Origin: an uncultured Gemmatimonadaceae bacterium
GTDB lineage: Bacteria; Gemmatimonadota; Gemmatimonadetes; Gemmatimonadales; GWC2-71-9
Length of the DNA: 64,000 nucleotides
NCBI GenBank assembly: GCA_964585655.1
Contig: CAZPER010000012.1
Span: forward strand, 1,019-65,018
Direction: 5' to 3'
In this document: one piece after another, positions 52,514-61,147 of the stretch
Layout of the letters: each line of letters opens with the position of its first letter
How positions within the stretch are numbered: position 1 is the stretch's first letter
The notes under the pieces: generated by a model
Seen by the model: the letters and a program-made list of their open reading frames with translations, nothing else
What the model was told of the DNA's origin: nothing
Database searches by the model: none
Translations under genes and position numbers: made by a program

Positions 52514-54287
52514 TGAGGGGCGGCATCACGTGGGCGACCCGCTTGATGTTCAGCAGGTGCCGGAAGCTCACATTGTCGGTGGTGGAGTTGCCGCCGAAGG
52601 TGCCGCAGCCGAGGGTGAAGGAGGGCTCCAGCCGGCTGGTCAGCCCGACCACCCCCTGCACCGACGGGCTGTTCACCAGGATGCGGCCCGCCGGCACCAG
52701 CCTCCCGAAGCGCTCGATCAGCGCCGGGTTCCGGGTGTGGATTCCCGCCGTATGGCCGGCGCCGTGGGCCTCGAGCAGCCGCCGCGCGAGGGTGATCCCC
52801 GCCTCGGCATTTTCCACGGTGAAGAGCGAGAGCACCGGAAAGATCTTCTCCCCCGCCAGCGGATTCTGGGGCGCGGCGTCCTCGGTCGGGGCGACGATGA
52901 GCCGGATCGGGTAGCCGCGGCTGATCTTCATGAAGCCGGCGATGGCCTCCGCCGACTGGCCCACGATCTGCCCCCGCCACCCCTTCGTCTCCGGATCCAC
53001 CGCGGTCTTGAGCAGGCGCCTGGTTTCCTCCTCGGTGAGCACCGCGGCGCCGGCCCGCTCGAAGGCGGCAATCAGCGCCTCGCGCAGCGGCCGCTCGACG
53101 ATGAGGTTGTGCTCCGCCCCGCAGATGAGGCCGTTGTCGAACGACTTGCTGAGCACCACCGCCTGCGCCACCTGGTCGGGGTCGGCGTCGGCGCAGATGA
53201 GCGTCGGGGTGTTGGCCGGCCCCACCCCGATGGCCGGGGTGCCGGAGGAGTAGGCCGCCTTGACCATCGCCGATCCGCCGGTGGCGAGGACCAGCGAGAC
53301 CCCCGGATGGGAGAGGAACATCGCGGTCTTCTTCCGGCTGGTGCGCTTGGGGATCCACTGCACCAGGTCGGGCGGGGCGCCGGCCGCGGTCAGCACTGTA
53401 CGGATCAGGGCGCCGACTTCATTCCCCACCTGCAGGGCGGCGCGGTGGAAGGAAAGGATGAGGGCGTTCCCGCCCTTGAGGGCGATCAGGGTCTTGAACA
53501 CCGCCGTCGCCACCGGGTTGGTCATGGGGATCAGCGCGAAGATCACGCCCGCCGGGCTCCCGATCTCGGTGACCTGGCGGTCGCTGAAGGTCTGCAGGAC
53601 GCCGCGGCCGGGGCGGCCGGCGAGCGACCGGTAGACCCCGAGGCTCGCCATCTGGTTCTTGGTGGTCTTGTCGGGGACGTTGCCGAGCTTGGTCTCCGCG
53701 ACGGTGGCGCGGGCGAGCGGTTCCGCCGCCGCCGCGACGGCCTGGGCGATCTGCCCCAGCAGGGCGTCGATCCGGTCGTCGGGCCAGTCGGCGAAGGCGG
53801 CGAGCGCCGCCTGGGCGCGGGCCACGGTCTCGTTGACGTCCGGATCGGGCTCCGAGGCGGCGAACTCCGTCAGGCGGTGGGTGGTGGCGCGGAGCTTGAG
53901 GGCGGCGTCGCGGCCCAGGGCGCGGATGACCTGCACCCCGATCCGCGGGTGGTCCGACACCAGCCGGTCGATGGCCGCGGCGGAGAGCCGCCGGGCGGTG
54001 ACGTCGGAGCTGCTGAAGGCGCTGGCGGAGCGGGGCTGGCGGTCGAGCAGGGAGAGTTCGCCGAGGATCGTGCCCGGCTCGAGGAAGCCGAGCACGCCGT
54101 CGGTGTCCACCTCGGGGCGGGCCACTTCCAGCCGCACCTCCCCGGCGTCGATGATGTAGCAGCCGTCCCCGGCGCTGCCCTCCTCGAAGATCTGCGCTCC
54201 CGCGGGGAACTGGACCGGCTCGAGGTAGCCCTCGAGGGTGCGGAGTTCGTCGGGGGACAGCGTGTCGAGGGGTTCTGGCAGCGGCAT
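52506..54287 (-). CDS. cyclic-nucleotide-binding domain / CoA-acylating aldehyde dehydrogenase fusion (AdhE/EutE-type ALDH)
   Basis: N-terminal CNB (GELSLLDRQPRSASAFS). The ALDH core has the catalytic Cys context SFDNGLICGAEHN. Confidence 0.85.
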   Translation of the reverse strand: MPLPEPLDTLSPDELRTLEGYLEPVQFPAGAQIFEEGSAGDGCYIIDAGEVRLEVARPEVDTDGVLGFLEPGTILGELSLLDRQPRSASAFSSSDVTARRLSAAAIDRLVSDHPRIGVQVIRALGRDAALKLRATTHRLTEFAASEPDPDVNETVARAQAALAAFADWPDDRIDALLGQIAQAVAAAAEPLARATVAETKLGNVPDKTTKNQMASLGVYRSLAGRPGRGVLQTFSDRQVTEIGSPAGVIFALIPMTNPVATAVFKTLIALKGGNALILSFHRAALQVGNEVGALIRTVLTAAGAPPDLVQWIPKRTSRKKTAMFLSHPGVSLVLATGGSAMVKAAYSSGTPAIGVGPANTPTLICADADPDQVAQAVVLSKSFDNGLICGAEHNLIVERPLREALIAAFERAGAAVLTEEETRRLLKTAVDPETKGWRGQIVGQSAEAIAGFMKISRGYPIRLIVAPTEDAAPQNPLAGEKIFPVLSLFTVENAEAGITLARRLLEAHGAGHTAGIHTRNPALIERFGRLVPAGRILVNSPSVQGVVGLTSRLEPSFTLGCGTFGGNSTTDNVSFRHLLNIKRVAHVMPPLNA

Positions 54288-54304
54288 GTCGGCCTTGGGA
54301 TGTT

Positions 54305-54416
54305 GGGGGATGCGGGAAGATCATGGGGGACGGGGGAAACGGGAAGCGGGAGCGGGGAGACAGGAGAGAGGGGACGGGCGTCATTGCGCCGGCCCGTCCC
54401 CTCTCTCCCGTCTCCC
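54305..54416. repeat. GGGGAAC-family G-run followed by a long near-perfect hairpin, in a divergent spacer
   Basis: Stem 54355-54379 pairs with 54392-54416: 25 positions with 1 mismatch. The loop is 12 nt. Confidence 0.85.
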
Positions 54417-54438
54417 TCCCCCAGCCGGGCCTCCCGGC

Positions 54439-54451
54439 TATATTCCCGCCC
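54439..54451 (+). promoter_or_regulatory. candidate -10 plus discriminator TATATTCCCGCCC upstream of the FKBP isomerase gene
   Basis: Identical 13-mer to 21411-21423, located 47 nt upstream of the ATG. Confidence 0.4.
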
Positions 54452-54491
54452 GTCCAAGCAGTCCCTCGAGACCCCTGATTTGGGAGTACCC

Positions 54492-55184
54492 ATGAAGATC
54501 CTGGCCCTCGCCGCAGCCGGGGCGCTCGCGCTCGGCGCCTGCCAGTCGGCGGCCCCGGGTGGCGGCAAGCTGTCCACCCAGGACGACAGCGTCAGCTACA
54601 TCCTCGGCTTCAAGATGGGCGAGAACCTCAAGCAGCAGTCGGTTCCGGTGAAGCCGGAGCTCATCTTCCGGGGTCTCAAGGAAGGGATGGCGGGGACGGC
54701 GGCGATGATCCCCGATTCGACCATGCAGGCGACGATGATGGCCTTCCAGGTGCGCATGATGGGCATCCAGCGCCAGAAGGACTCAGCGGACGCCATCACC
54801 CAGAAGGCGGACGGCGAGAAGTTCCTCGCCGACAACAAGGGGAAGGACGGCGTGAAGACCACGGCGAGCGGGCTCCAGTACAAGGTGATCACCGAAGGCA
54901 CCGGTCCCCGTCCCAAGGCGACCAGCCAGGTGACCGTGCACTACCGCGGCACGCTGCTCGACGGCAAGCAGTTCGACTCCTCCTACGACCGCGGCCAGCC
55001 CGCGACCTTTGCGCTCAACCAGGTGATCCCCGGGTGGACCGAGGGGGTGCAGCTGATGAACGTCGGCTCCAAGTACCAGTTCTGGATCCCCGGCGACCTG
55101 GCCTACGGCCCGCAGGGCTCCCCGCCGACGATTCCGCCGAACGCGACGCTGTCGTTCGAGGTGGAGCTGATCTCGTTCAAGTGA
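54492..55184 (+). CDS. FKBP-type peptidyl-prolyl cis-trans isomerase (FkpA-like lipoprotein)
   Basis: GGGAG lies 5 nt upstream of the ATG. Lipobox LGAC. FKBP_N and FKBP_C segments (VHYRGTLLDGKQFDSSYDRG...FALNQVIPGW). Confidence 0.9.
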   Translation: MKILALAAAGALALGACQSAAPGGGKLSTQDDSVSYILGFKMGENLKQQSVPVKPELIFRGLKEGMAGTAAMIPDSTMQATMMAFQVRMMGIQRQKDSADAITQKADGEKFLADNKGKDGVKTTASGLQYKVITEGTGPRPKATSQVTVHYRGTLLDGKQFDSSYDRGQPATFALNQVIPGWTEGVQLMNVGSKYQFWIPGDLAYGPQGSPPTIPPNATLSFEVELISFK

Positions 55185-55205
55185 CCGGACCGAGGCCCGC
55201 CGGCC

Positions 55206-56768
55206 ATGGCTGAGGCCATTCCGTCGCATTTCAACGACGCGCTCGCGGGGCGGTACGCCCTGGAGCGCGTCGTTGGCCGTGGGGGGATGGCCGTGGTGTT
55301 CCGGGCCCGCGACCTGCGCCACGACCGTCCGGTGGCCATCAAGGTGCTGCACGAGGAGCTGTCGGCCACGCTCGGCGCCGAGCGGTTCCAGCGGGAGATC
55401 CAGATCGCGGCGCGGCTGGTGCACCCCCACATCCTGCCACTGCTCGATTCGGGCACGGTGCCGGCGCCCTCCCCCGAGGGCCCGGCCCGGCTGTTCTACG
55501 TGATGCCGTTCGTCGATGGGGAATCCCTCCGTCAGCGGACCATCCGGGAGCGAACCCTCCCCACCGACCAGGTGGTGGCGCTGGTGGGGGAGATCGCCAG
55601 CGCCCTCGACTATGCCCACCGGCAGGGCGTCATCCACCGGGACATCAAGCCCGAGAACATCCTGCTCTCCGCCGGCCACGCCCTGGTGGCGGATTTCGGC
55701 GTGGCGAAGGCGGTGAGCAGCGCCACGGACCAGGCGATCACCCGCACCGGCTTCCCGGTCGGCACCGTCGGCTACATGAGCCCGGAGCAGGCGGCCGGCC
55801 TGGCCGACCTCAACGAGCGGAGCGACGTCTACAGCCTCGCCGCGTTGACCTTCGAGATGCTGGTGGGCGAGCTGCCGGGGATGTGGCCGGGGGAGGAAGC
55901 GGCGCGGCTCAAGCAGTTCGTGGATGCGACGCCCCGGGTCCGCGCGGCGCTCGACCTCCTTCCCGGCGCGGTCGAGGCGGTGCTGGTGCGGGGCCTCCTG
56001 CTCCGCGACCAGATGCGCTGCCCCACGCCCGGCGCCTTCGCGCGGGAGCTGGCCCAGGCGCTCGGCCCCTCGCCCCGTTTCAACACGACGGACGCGGACC
56101 AGATCCTGGCCCGCGCCGCGGAGCTGGACGCCGGGCTCCCCGCCGACGACCGCGGACTCTCGTTAGGCGGGCTGACCCGCATCGCCGGCGAAGTGGGCAT
56201 CCCCCCGGAGCATGTGGAGCGCGCGGCCCGCGAGGTGGCGCAGCGCGCGGCGCCGCTCCCGATGCATCCGTTCATCGGGGCCCCGACCCGGATCGTGGTG
56301 GAGCGGGTGGCCCGGCGCGAGTTCGGTGAGGGAGAGGCCGGCGACCTGGTGGACCAGATCCGCCAGACCATCGGCAACATGGGCCAGGTGTCGCGGCTGG
56401 GGCGGGAGCTGTCGTGGCAGACGGTGTCGTACGGCGGCACCCCGGGGCGACAGCTCTTCATCTCCTTCCGCCCCGCAGCCGGCCAGACGGTGATCCGCAT
56501 GGAGGAGAACCTCCGGCAGCAGGCCGGCGCGTACTATGGCGGGTTCATGGGTGGGCTCGGCGGCGGAACCACGGGGATCTGGATGGGGGTCGGGCTCGGC
56601 GTCTTCCATTCGGCGCTGGCCGCGGCGGCGATGGGCATCTCCGCCATCGGTGGCGCCTATCTGCTCGCCCGGAAGCTGTTCACCGGGCTCCGGGCCAAGC
56701 GGGCCACCGAACTCGATGGCCTGGCGGACCGGCTGGTGGACCGGATCGAGTCGGGTGGGCGGCAGTAG
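55206..56768 (+). CDS. serine/threonine protein kinase with C-terminal membrane-associated domain
   Basis: Hanks kinase motifs GRGGMAVV, AIK, HRDIKPEN and DFG. Gly-rich TM segments near the C-terminus. Confidence 0.9.
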   Translation: MAEAIPSHFNDALAGRYALERVVGRGGMAVVFRARDLRHDRPVAIKVLHEELSATLGAERFQREIQIAARLVHPHILPLLDSGTVPAPSPEGPARLFYVMPFVDGESLRQRTIRERTLPTDQVVALVGEIASALDYAHRQGVIHRDIKPENILLSAGHALVADFGVAKAVSSATDQAITRTGFPVGTVGYMSPEQAAGLADLNERSDVYSLAALTFEMLVGELPGMWPGEEAARLKQFVDATPRVRAALDLLPGAVEAVLVRGLLLRDQMRCPTPGAFARELAQALGPSPRFNTTDADQILARAAELDAGLPADDRGLSLGGLTRIAGEVGIPPEHVERAAREVAQRAAPLPMHPFIGAPTRIVVERVARREFGEGEAGDLVDQIRQTIGNMGQVSRLGRELSWQTVSYGGTPGRQLFISFRPAAGQTVIRMEENLRQQAGAYYGGFMGGLGGGTTGIWMGVGLGVFHSALAAAAMGISAIGGAYLLARKLFTGLRAKRATELDGLADRLVDRIESGGRQ

Positions 56769-56800
56769 TGGGAAGGGGGGAGAGGGAAGCGGGAAGAGTG
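56768..56800 (+). repeat. G-rich GGGAAG-type short array
   Basis: GTGGGAAGGGGGGAGAGGGAAGCGGGAAGAGTG fills the 33-nt spacer between convergent genes. Confidence 0.6.
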
Positions 56801-56801
56801 T

Positions 56802-57374
56802 TCATCGACGCGCCGGTTCCGCCGCACGCCGGTACCCGAGGGAGAGCGTCCAGCGCCCGGCGGCCGGGTCGTCATCCATGGGGTGGAGGGACCAGTCGGT
56901 GATCTCCCAGCCGGGGTGACTCAGCGCCATGCCGTCCACCCCGGGCATGGTCCACTGGTGCCCGTCGCGTTCCGCCTGCCGGGTGAAGTGGCCAGCGGCG
57001 TCAGGGGTGAACACCGAAGTGTCGCCGAGCGCGATCGGATTGCCGCCCGCGAAGCGGTAGAGGTCCGCGGTGTAGAGCCAGCGAGAGCCCAGGAAGGGCA
57101 GCTCCGCGCCCACCCGCAGGAACTCGGTGCGCCGCGGCAAGCTGGCCAGGCTCGTAACGAAGTTGGTCGGAAGCTTTCGCCACCGCCGTTCGAGGTGGAG
57201 GCTGGTGGTGAAGCGGGCCCCTCCGGCGGCGTCGGTCACCAGGCGGGTGCCAGCCGTCGGATCCGGCAAGGCCCGATCGGCGCCGAACACCACGCGCGCG
57301 GCGATGCCCGCGAGCGGCTCCGATGCCGGGCCGATGAGCGCGAGGTGAACGTCGAGGGTGATCGCGCGGCTCAC
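56802..57374 (-). CDS. hypothetical protein
   Basis: GTG at 57374 overlaps the CbrC stop as GTGA. The upstream part of ORF 56802..57611 is an Arg/Pro-rich shadow. No domain recognised. Confidence 0.45.
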   Translation of the reverse strand: MSRAITLDVHLALIGPASEPLAGIAARVVFGADRALPDPTAGTRLVTDAAGGARFTTSLHLERRWRKLPTNFVTSLASLPRRTEFLRVGAELPFLGSRWLYTADLYRFAGGNPIALGDTSVFTPDAAGHFTRQAERDGHQWTMPGVDGMALSHPGWEITDWSLHPMDDDPAAGRWTLSLGYRRAAEPARR

Positions 57375-57910
57375 GGCCCGTCGATATGGAACTTCGACAT
57401 GGTGCAGGACAGGCAGCGGAACAGGTAGGCGGTGGGGCCGTGGTCGCGGTTGAGGCTCTGGAGCAGGCGGGTCGCGGCGCCGCCGGAGATCTGCATCTCG
57501 TAGATGATGTGATTGAGCGCGACGCCTTCGAGCGCGCGATCCGTCGCGCGCAGCTCCGCGATCCCCGCCGGCATCACGAACGCCATCGCCTCGCCGCAGC
57601 AGGCCGGCCATCCCTCCCGCTGCCAGGTGGCGAAACCCGGCGTGCGCCGGGAGATCTCTTCGATGCTCTCCTCCGGGACCTCGTCCGCGATGCCGTCGGC
57701 GTCCACGAAGGTGGCGTCATACATCTCCTGGGCCGAGCCGTCGGCGATGCACCAGGGACAGAGGCACTCGGGCACCTCCTCCTCGGAGTAGATCGGCCCG
57801 TCGTAGCGGAAGCCGCGGGCCTCGCCGCAGCAGTCACAGGTGTCCCGGGTCGGGACCACGCTTCCGCTGGCGACGGGGTCGGGGTGGAAGCGAAAGACGG
57901 GGAGGGTCAT
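57371..57910 (-). CDS. CbrC (UPF0167) family protein
   Basis: N-terminal FRFHPDPVASGSV...CDCCGEARGFRYDGPIY pattern characteristic of the CbrC family. Confidence 0.7.
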   Translation of the reverse strand: MTLPVFRFHPDPVASGSVVPTRDTCDCCGEARGFRYDGPIYSEEEVPECLCPWCIADGSAQEMYDATFVDADGIADEVPEESIEEISRRTPGFATWQREGWPACCGEAMAFVMPAGIAELRATDRALEGVALNHIIYEMQISGGAATRLLQSLNRDHGPTAYLFRCLSCTMSKFHIDGP

Positions 57911-57922
57911 CGCGGGCGGGCC

Positions 57923-58699
57923 TCAGCAGGCCAGGACATGACGCGGGGACCGGGAGCTGTACTCTGCCCGCCACCAGTGCGGATCGTTGAGCTCCGTGAA
58001 GGTTAGCTCCCCCGGGACCGGGTCCGGACGGGTGCGGAACTGGTCCCGCAGCCGCACGAAGATGCTGTCCCCATCGGGCCAGCCGCCGCCGGTCTCCACG
58101 ACCTCGTTGCCGGCCGCCAGCTCGGCGTCGAGGATCTGCCGCAGCAGCGGATGCAGCTGCGCCAGCGCCGGCCCGTCGCGGTGGGCCTGCCACTCCGCAC
58201 GGGTGATGCGCAGGTGGACCACCGGCTCCCCCACGGCATGCAGGGCGGGGTCGGTGTTGGGCCGCACCGCGATCCGCCGGAAGCCGTTCTTCTCCAGCAC
58301 CCGCACCGACGCAGGGTTGCCTTCCAGTGAACGCGCCCCGACTTCATCCAGCCGCAGGTTGGTGAAGATGAACTCGAGCAGCATCCGCACCCCGAAGGTG
58401 GCATACCCCCGCCCCCAGAACGGGGCCCCGATCCAGTAGCCCAGCTCCGGACGCTCTCCCGCACCGAGCCCCTCCACGCCACAGACCCCGACCAGCTCGG
58501 CGCGGTCGATGATGGCGAACACCCATGCCCGGCCCGCGGCGCGGTCCTCCAGTTGTTGCGCGACGAAGTGCCGGGCGCCGTGTTCCGGGTACGGATGGGG
58601 GATGCTGGTGGTGGCGGCGATCCGCGGATCGGCCGCGAGTCGCTGGATGGGCCCGGCGTGCTCGGGGGCGAGCAGGTAGATGCCGGTGGTGGAGGACAT
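57923..58699 (-). CDS. GNAT family N-acetyltransferase (RimJ/RimL-like) with ~85 aa unassigned C-terminal extension
   Basis: GNAT core (ELGYWIGAPFWGRGYAT...NPASVRVLEKNGF). The C-terminal extension has no domain I recognise. Confidence 0.8.
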   Translation of the reverse strand: MSSTTGIYLLAPEHAGPIQRLAADPRIAATTSIPHPYPEHGARHFVAQQLEDRAAGRAWVFAIIDRAELVGVCGVEGLGAGERPELGYWIGAPFWGRGYATFGVRMLLEFIFTNLRLDEVGARSLEGNPASVRVLEKNGFRRIAVRPNTDPALHAVGEPVVHLRITRAEWQAHRDGPALAQLHPLLRQILDAELAAGNEVVETGGGWPDGDSIFVRLRDQFRTRPDPVPGELTFTELNDPHWWRAEYSSRSPRHVLAC

Positions 58700-58721
58700 G
58701 CGCAGCCCAGGGTCTGGTGGC

Positions 58722-58785
58722 GGGGAGACGGGAGAACGGAGACGGGAACCGCAGCGGTGCTCCCCGTCTCCTGTCTCCGTTGTTC
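58722..58785. repeat. GGGAGAC/GTCTCCC-type imperfect palindromic element
   Basis: GGGGAGACGGGAGAACGGAGACGGGAACC faces CTCCCCGTCTCCTGTCTCCGTTGTTC. Confidence 0.7.
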
Positions 58786-58786
58786 G

Positions 58787-59902
58787 TTAGAACGTCACCT
58801 TGGTGATGCGCCCCCCGGGCCCAACCATCCACCCCGCGCGTGCCGAGGCGAACGAGACGCTCCAGTACGAGAGCGAGTCGAGCGCGGCCCAGGTGCGGCC
58901 ATCATCGCGGGAGACGCTGGCCCCGCCCGGCCCCACGGCGACGACGGTGCCGCGGGCATCGGGGACGTACGCCAGGCCGTAGGCCGGCCCGGCGAAGGTC
59001 GGCTGGCCGCCCAGGGCCCAGCTGCGCCCGCCATTGGCGGTGATGATCACCCGTTCGGTGGCCCGCTTGGCATCACCGATGTCGCCGCCGACGGCCACCC
59101 CGACCTGCGCATCGCGGAAGGCGATGCCCGTGTGCCCGGTCGTCGCGCTTCCCTGCACCATGGGTGTATCGAAGCTGCTCCAGGTCCGGCCCCGGTCGGG
59201 GGTGAACAGGATCCGGCTCCGGGTCCCCGCGCCGGTCGCGATGTAGGCGGCGTTCTTCCCCACCGTGGCGACGCAGGTGCCGCTCGCGGCGAAGGCGCCC
59301 TCGCCCTGGGTGGCCGCGGGGACGGGGCGCTTGCCGGGGTTCGCCGGGTCGCTCAGCAGGTGCCAGTCGAGCCCGCCGTCGGTGGTGACCCGGACGGGGA
59401 AGGTGCCGCCCACGTTGTCGCTGAAGGCGATGCCGGAGAGCGGATCCCAGAAGGCGAAGCAGTCGTAGAAGGCGGTGCTGTCGCGGTTGATGAACTGGAG
59501 CTGCCAGTTCTGCCCCGCATCGGTGGTCTTGTAGATGCGGCTCGCGGTGCCGTTGCCGGCGCTCAGGAGGTACGCGGTCTTCTCGTCCACCCCGTGCACG
59601 TCGCGGAACTCGAGGCTGTCGGCACCGGCCACGACGCCGCTCCGCCAGCTCGCGCCACCGTTGGTGGTCACCGTGAAGCTGCCGCCGGTGCCGGAGGCCC
59701 AGACGATTTTCTCATTGACCGCGCTCACCGCCTGGAGCCGGCCAGGGACCTTCGATTTCTGCTCCTGCAGGCTGGCGCCAGAGGGCGCCACGCGCGGCGG
59801 GGGCAGGGTATCGGCGGGGGGGGACGGGGGCAGGGGGGCCTGGTAGGGGCCGCAAGCCGCAAGCGCCAGGAGGCACGCGGCGGTCGGGAAGAGGGTGCGC
59901 AT
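58787..59902 (-). CDS. BNR/Ycf48-like beta-propeller lipoprotein
   Basis: Lipobox LAACG. Repeated S/TxDxGxxW BNR-like motifs (TTNGGASW, TTDAGQNW, TTDGGLDW, PDRGRTW, ANGGRSW, RDDGRTW). Confidence 0.7.
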   Translation of the reverse strand: MRTLFPTAACLLALAACGPYQAPLPPSPPADTLPPPRVAPSGASLQEQKSKVPGRLQAVSAVNEKIVWASGTGGSFTVTTNGGASWRSGVVAGADSLEFRDVHGVDEKTAYLLSAGNGTASRIYKTTDAGQNWQLQFINRDSTAFYDCFAFWDPLSGIAFSDNVGGTFPVRVTTDGGLDWHLLSDPANPGKRPVPAATQGEGAFAASGTCVATVGKNAAYIATGAGTRSRILFTPDRGRTWSSFDTPMVQGSATTGHTGIAFRDAQVGVAVGGDIGDAKRATERVIITANGGRSWALGGQPTFAGPAYGLAYVPDARGTVVAVGPGGASVSRDDGRTWAALDSLSYWSVSFASARAGWMVGPGGRITKVTF

Positions 59903-59932
59903 GGGCGAAAGCTATCCGCACAAGGGTGAACA

Positions 59933-59998
59933 TCAACCACGAAGGGCACGAAGCACACGAAGCGCCGTCCTTCGTGCCCTTGGTGTCCTTCGTGGTTG
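59933..59998. repeat. CACGAAG/CTTCGTG-family palindromic element
   Basis: TCAACCACGAAGGGCACGAAGCACACGAAGCG faces TCCTTCGTGCCCTTGGTGTCCTTCGTGGTTG. Its termini match the 20898 copy. Confidence 0.85.
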
Positions 59999-60006
59999 CC
60001 CATCAG

Positions 60007-61125
60007 TCAGCGGCCGAGGAGTGCCAGCGCCGCCACCTCATCGGCATGGATGGCGCGGATCCGGGCGGCGAGCGCGCCACGGAGCTCCGCCGCCGCCGCG
60101 GCACTGAGCGGGAACTGCTTCCGCGCCGCCTTCGCCAGCCTGTCCAGGCGTTCCCAGCAGGAACGCACTTCCGCGGCGGGTGCGCCACTCCGGACCAGTT
60201 CCGCTCTCCGGGCGATCAGCTCCCGCGCCTCCCGGCATGGCGCCACCTCGTCCGGGAGTGCGGCGGCCGCGGCCTCGCTCCAGGCCCGCGCCAGGGCGGC
60301 GTAGGCCTTGGCGGGTTCAGCCTGCCCCACGTCCTTGAGGCCCTCCGCGAAGATGGCGCGGCAGAGCCCGCCGCCGGTGCCGTAATGCTCGACGTACTGG
60401 TACAGCGAGGTGAGCGCCGTCCAGAGCCGATGCCCCGGGGGGAACATCTCCTCCCAGCTTTCCTTGCCCTTCGTTGCCTCCATCCGCTCCGCCAGCTCCG
60501 CGAAGGCATCCAGCCGGAAGTTGGCCATCTTCGCCTTGGTGAGGGTGGTGACGCAGCTCTTGAGCGCGTCGGCCAGGGCGGCCTCGGGCTTGGGCGGCTT
60601 GGCGGCGCGGCCATCGAGGCGGAGCAGCCGGTTGCGGAACTTGGCGATGCGGCCGCGGGCAGTGGACAAGTCGCGCAGCGAGATCTCCATCGGCGTCGTC
60701 GCCGCATCGCGGACGACGGCGGTGTCTCCGCGGATCTCGAGGACGGTCATGACGTGGTACCCGCCCCCGCTGTAGAACGGGGGCATGGCCCGCCAGGGCA
60801 GGTGGGCGCTGTCCAGCCACGCGATGACCGGAGCCCCCGGCTCCAGCAACTTCCGCAGCTCCTGCTCCGCCGCTTTCACGCCGGTGGATTCCCTCGTGAC
60901 CGTCTTCCATCCCAGCCGCTTGCAGGCGGCGGTGAGGTAGGCGTGGTCATCGGCCCAGAGATGCCGGCCGGCGAGGAAGAGGCTGGCGAAGTCTTCCTTC
61001 TCATACTGGAACGCGAACACCCCGGCGCCGATCCCTCCGGCCCGGACAAACAGTGCGGCCTCGCCGTGCTGTTCTCCGGCGTGGGCCAGGAGAGTTCGGA
61101 GTGCGGCGGTGGCGGGGACGATCAT
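60007..61125 (-). CDS. BtrH N-terminal domain / DUF4872 family protein
   Basis: 372 aa with a pattern consistent with BtrH_N (C39-like fold) plus a DUF4872 C-terminal half. The assignment is from memory of family features. Confidence 0.55.
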   Translation of the reverse strand: MIVPATAALRTLLAHAGEQHGEAALFVRAGGIGAGVFAFQYEKEDFASLFLAGRHLWADDHAYLTAACKRLGWKTVTRESTGVKAAEQELRKLLEPGAPVIAWLDSAHLPWRAMPPFYSGGGYHVMTVLEIRGDTAVVRDAATTPMEISLRDLSTARGRIAKFRNRLLRLDGRAAKPPKPEAALADALKSCVTTLTKAKMANFRLDAFAELAERMEATKGKESWEEMFPPGHRLWTALTSLYQYVEHYGTGGGLCRAIFAEGLKDVGQAEPAKAYAALARAWSEAAAAALPDEVAPCREARELIARRAELVRSGAPAAEVRSCWERLDRLAKAARKQFPLSAAAAAELRGALAARIRAIHADEVAALALLGR

Positions 61126-61147
61126 GGTGAGATTGTACGGCGTGGAC

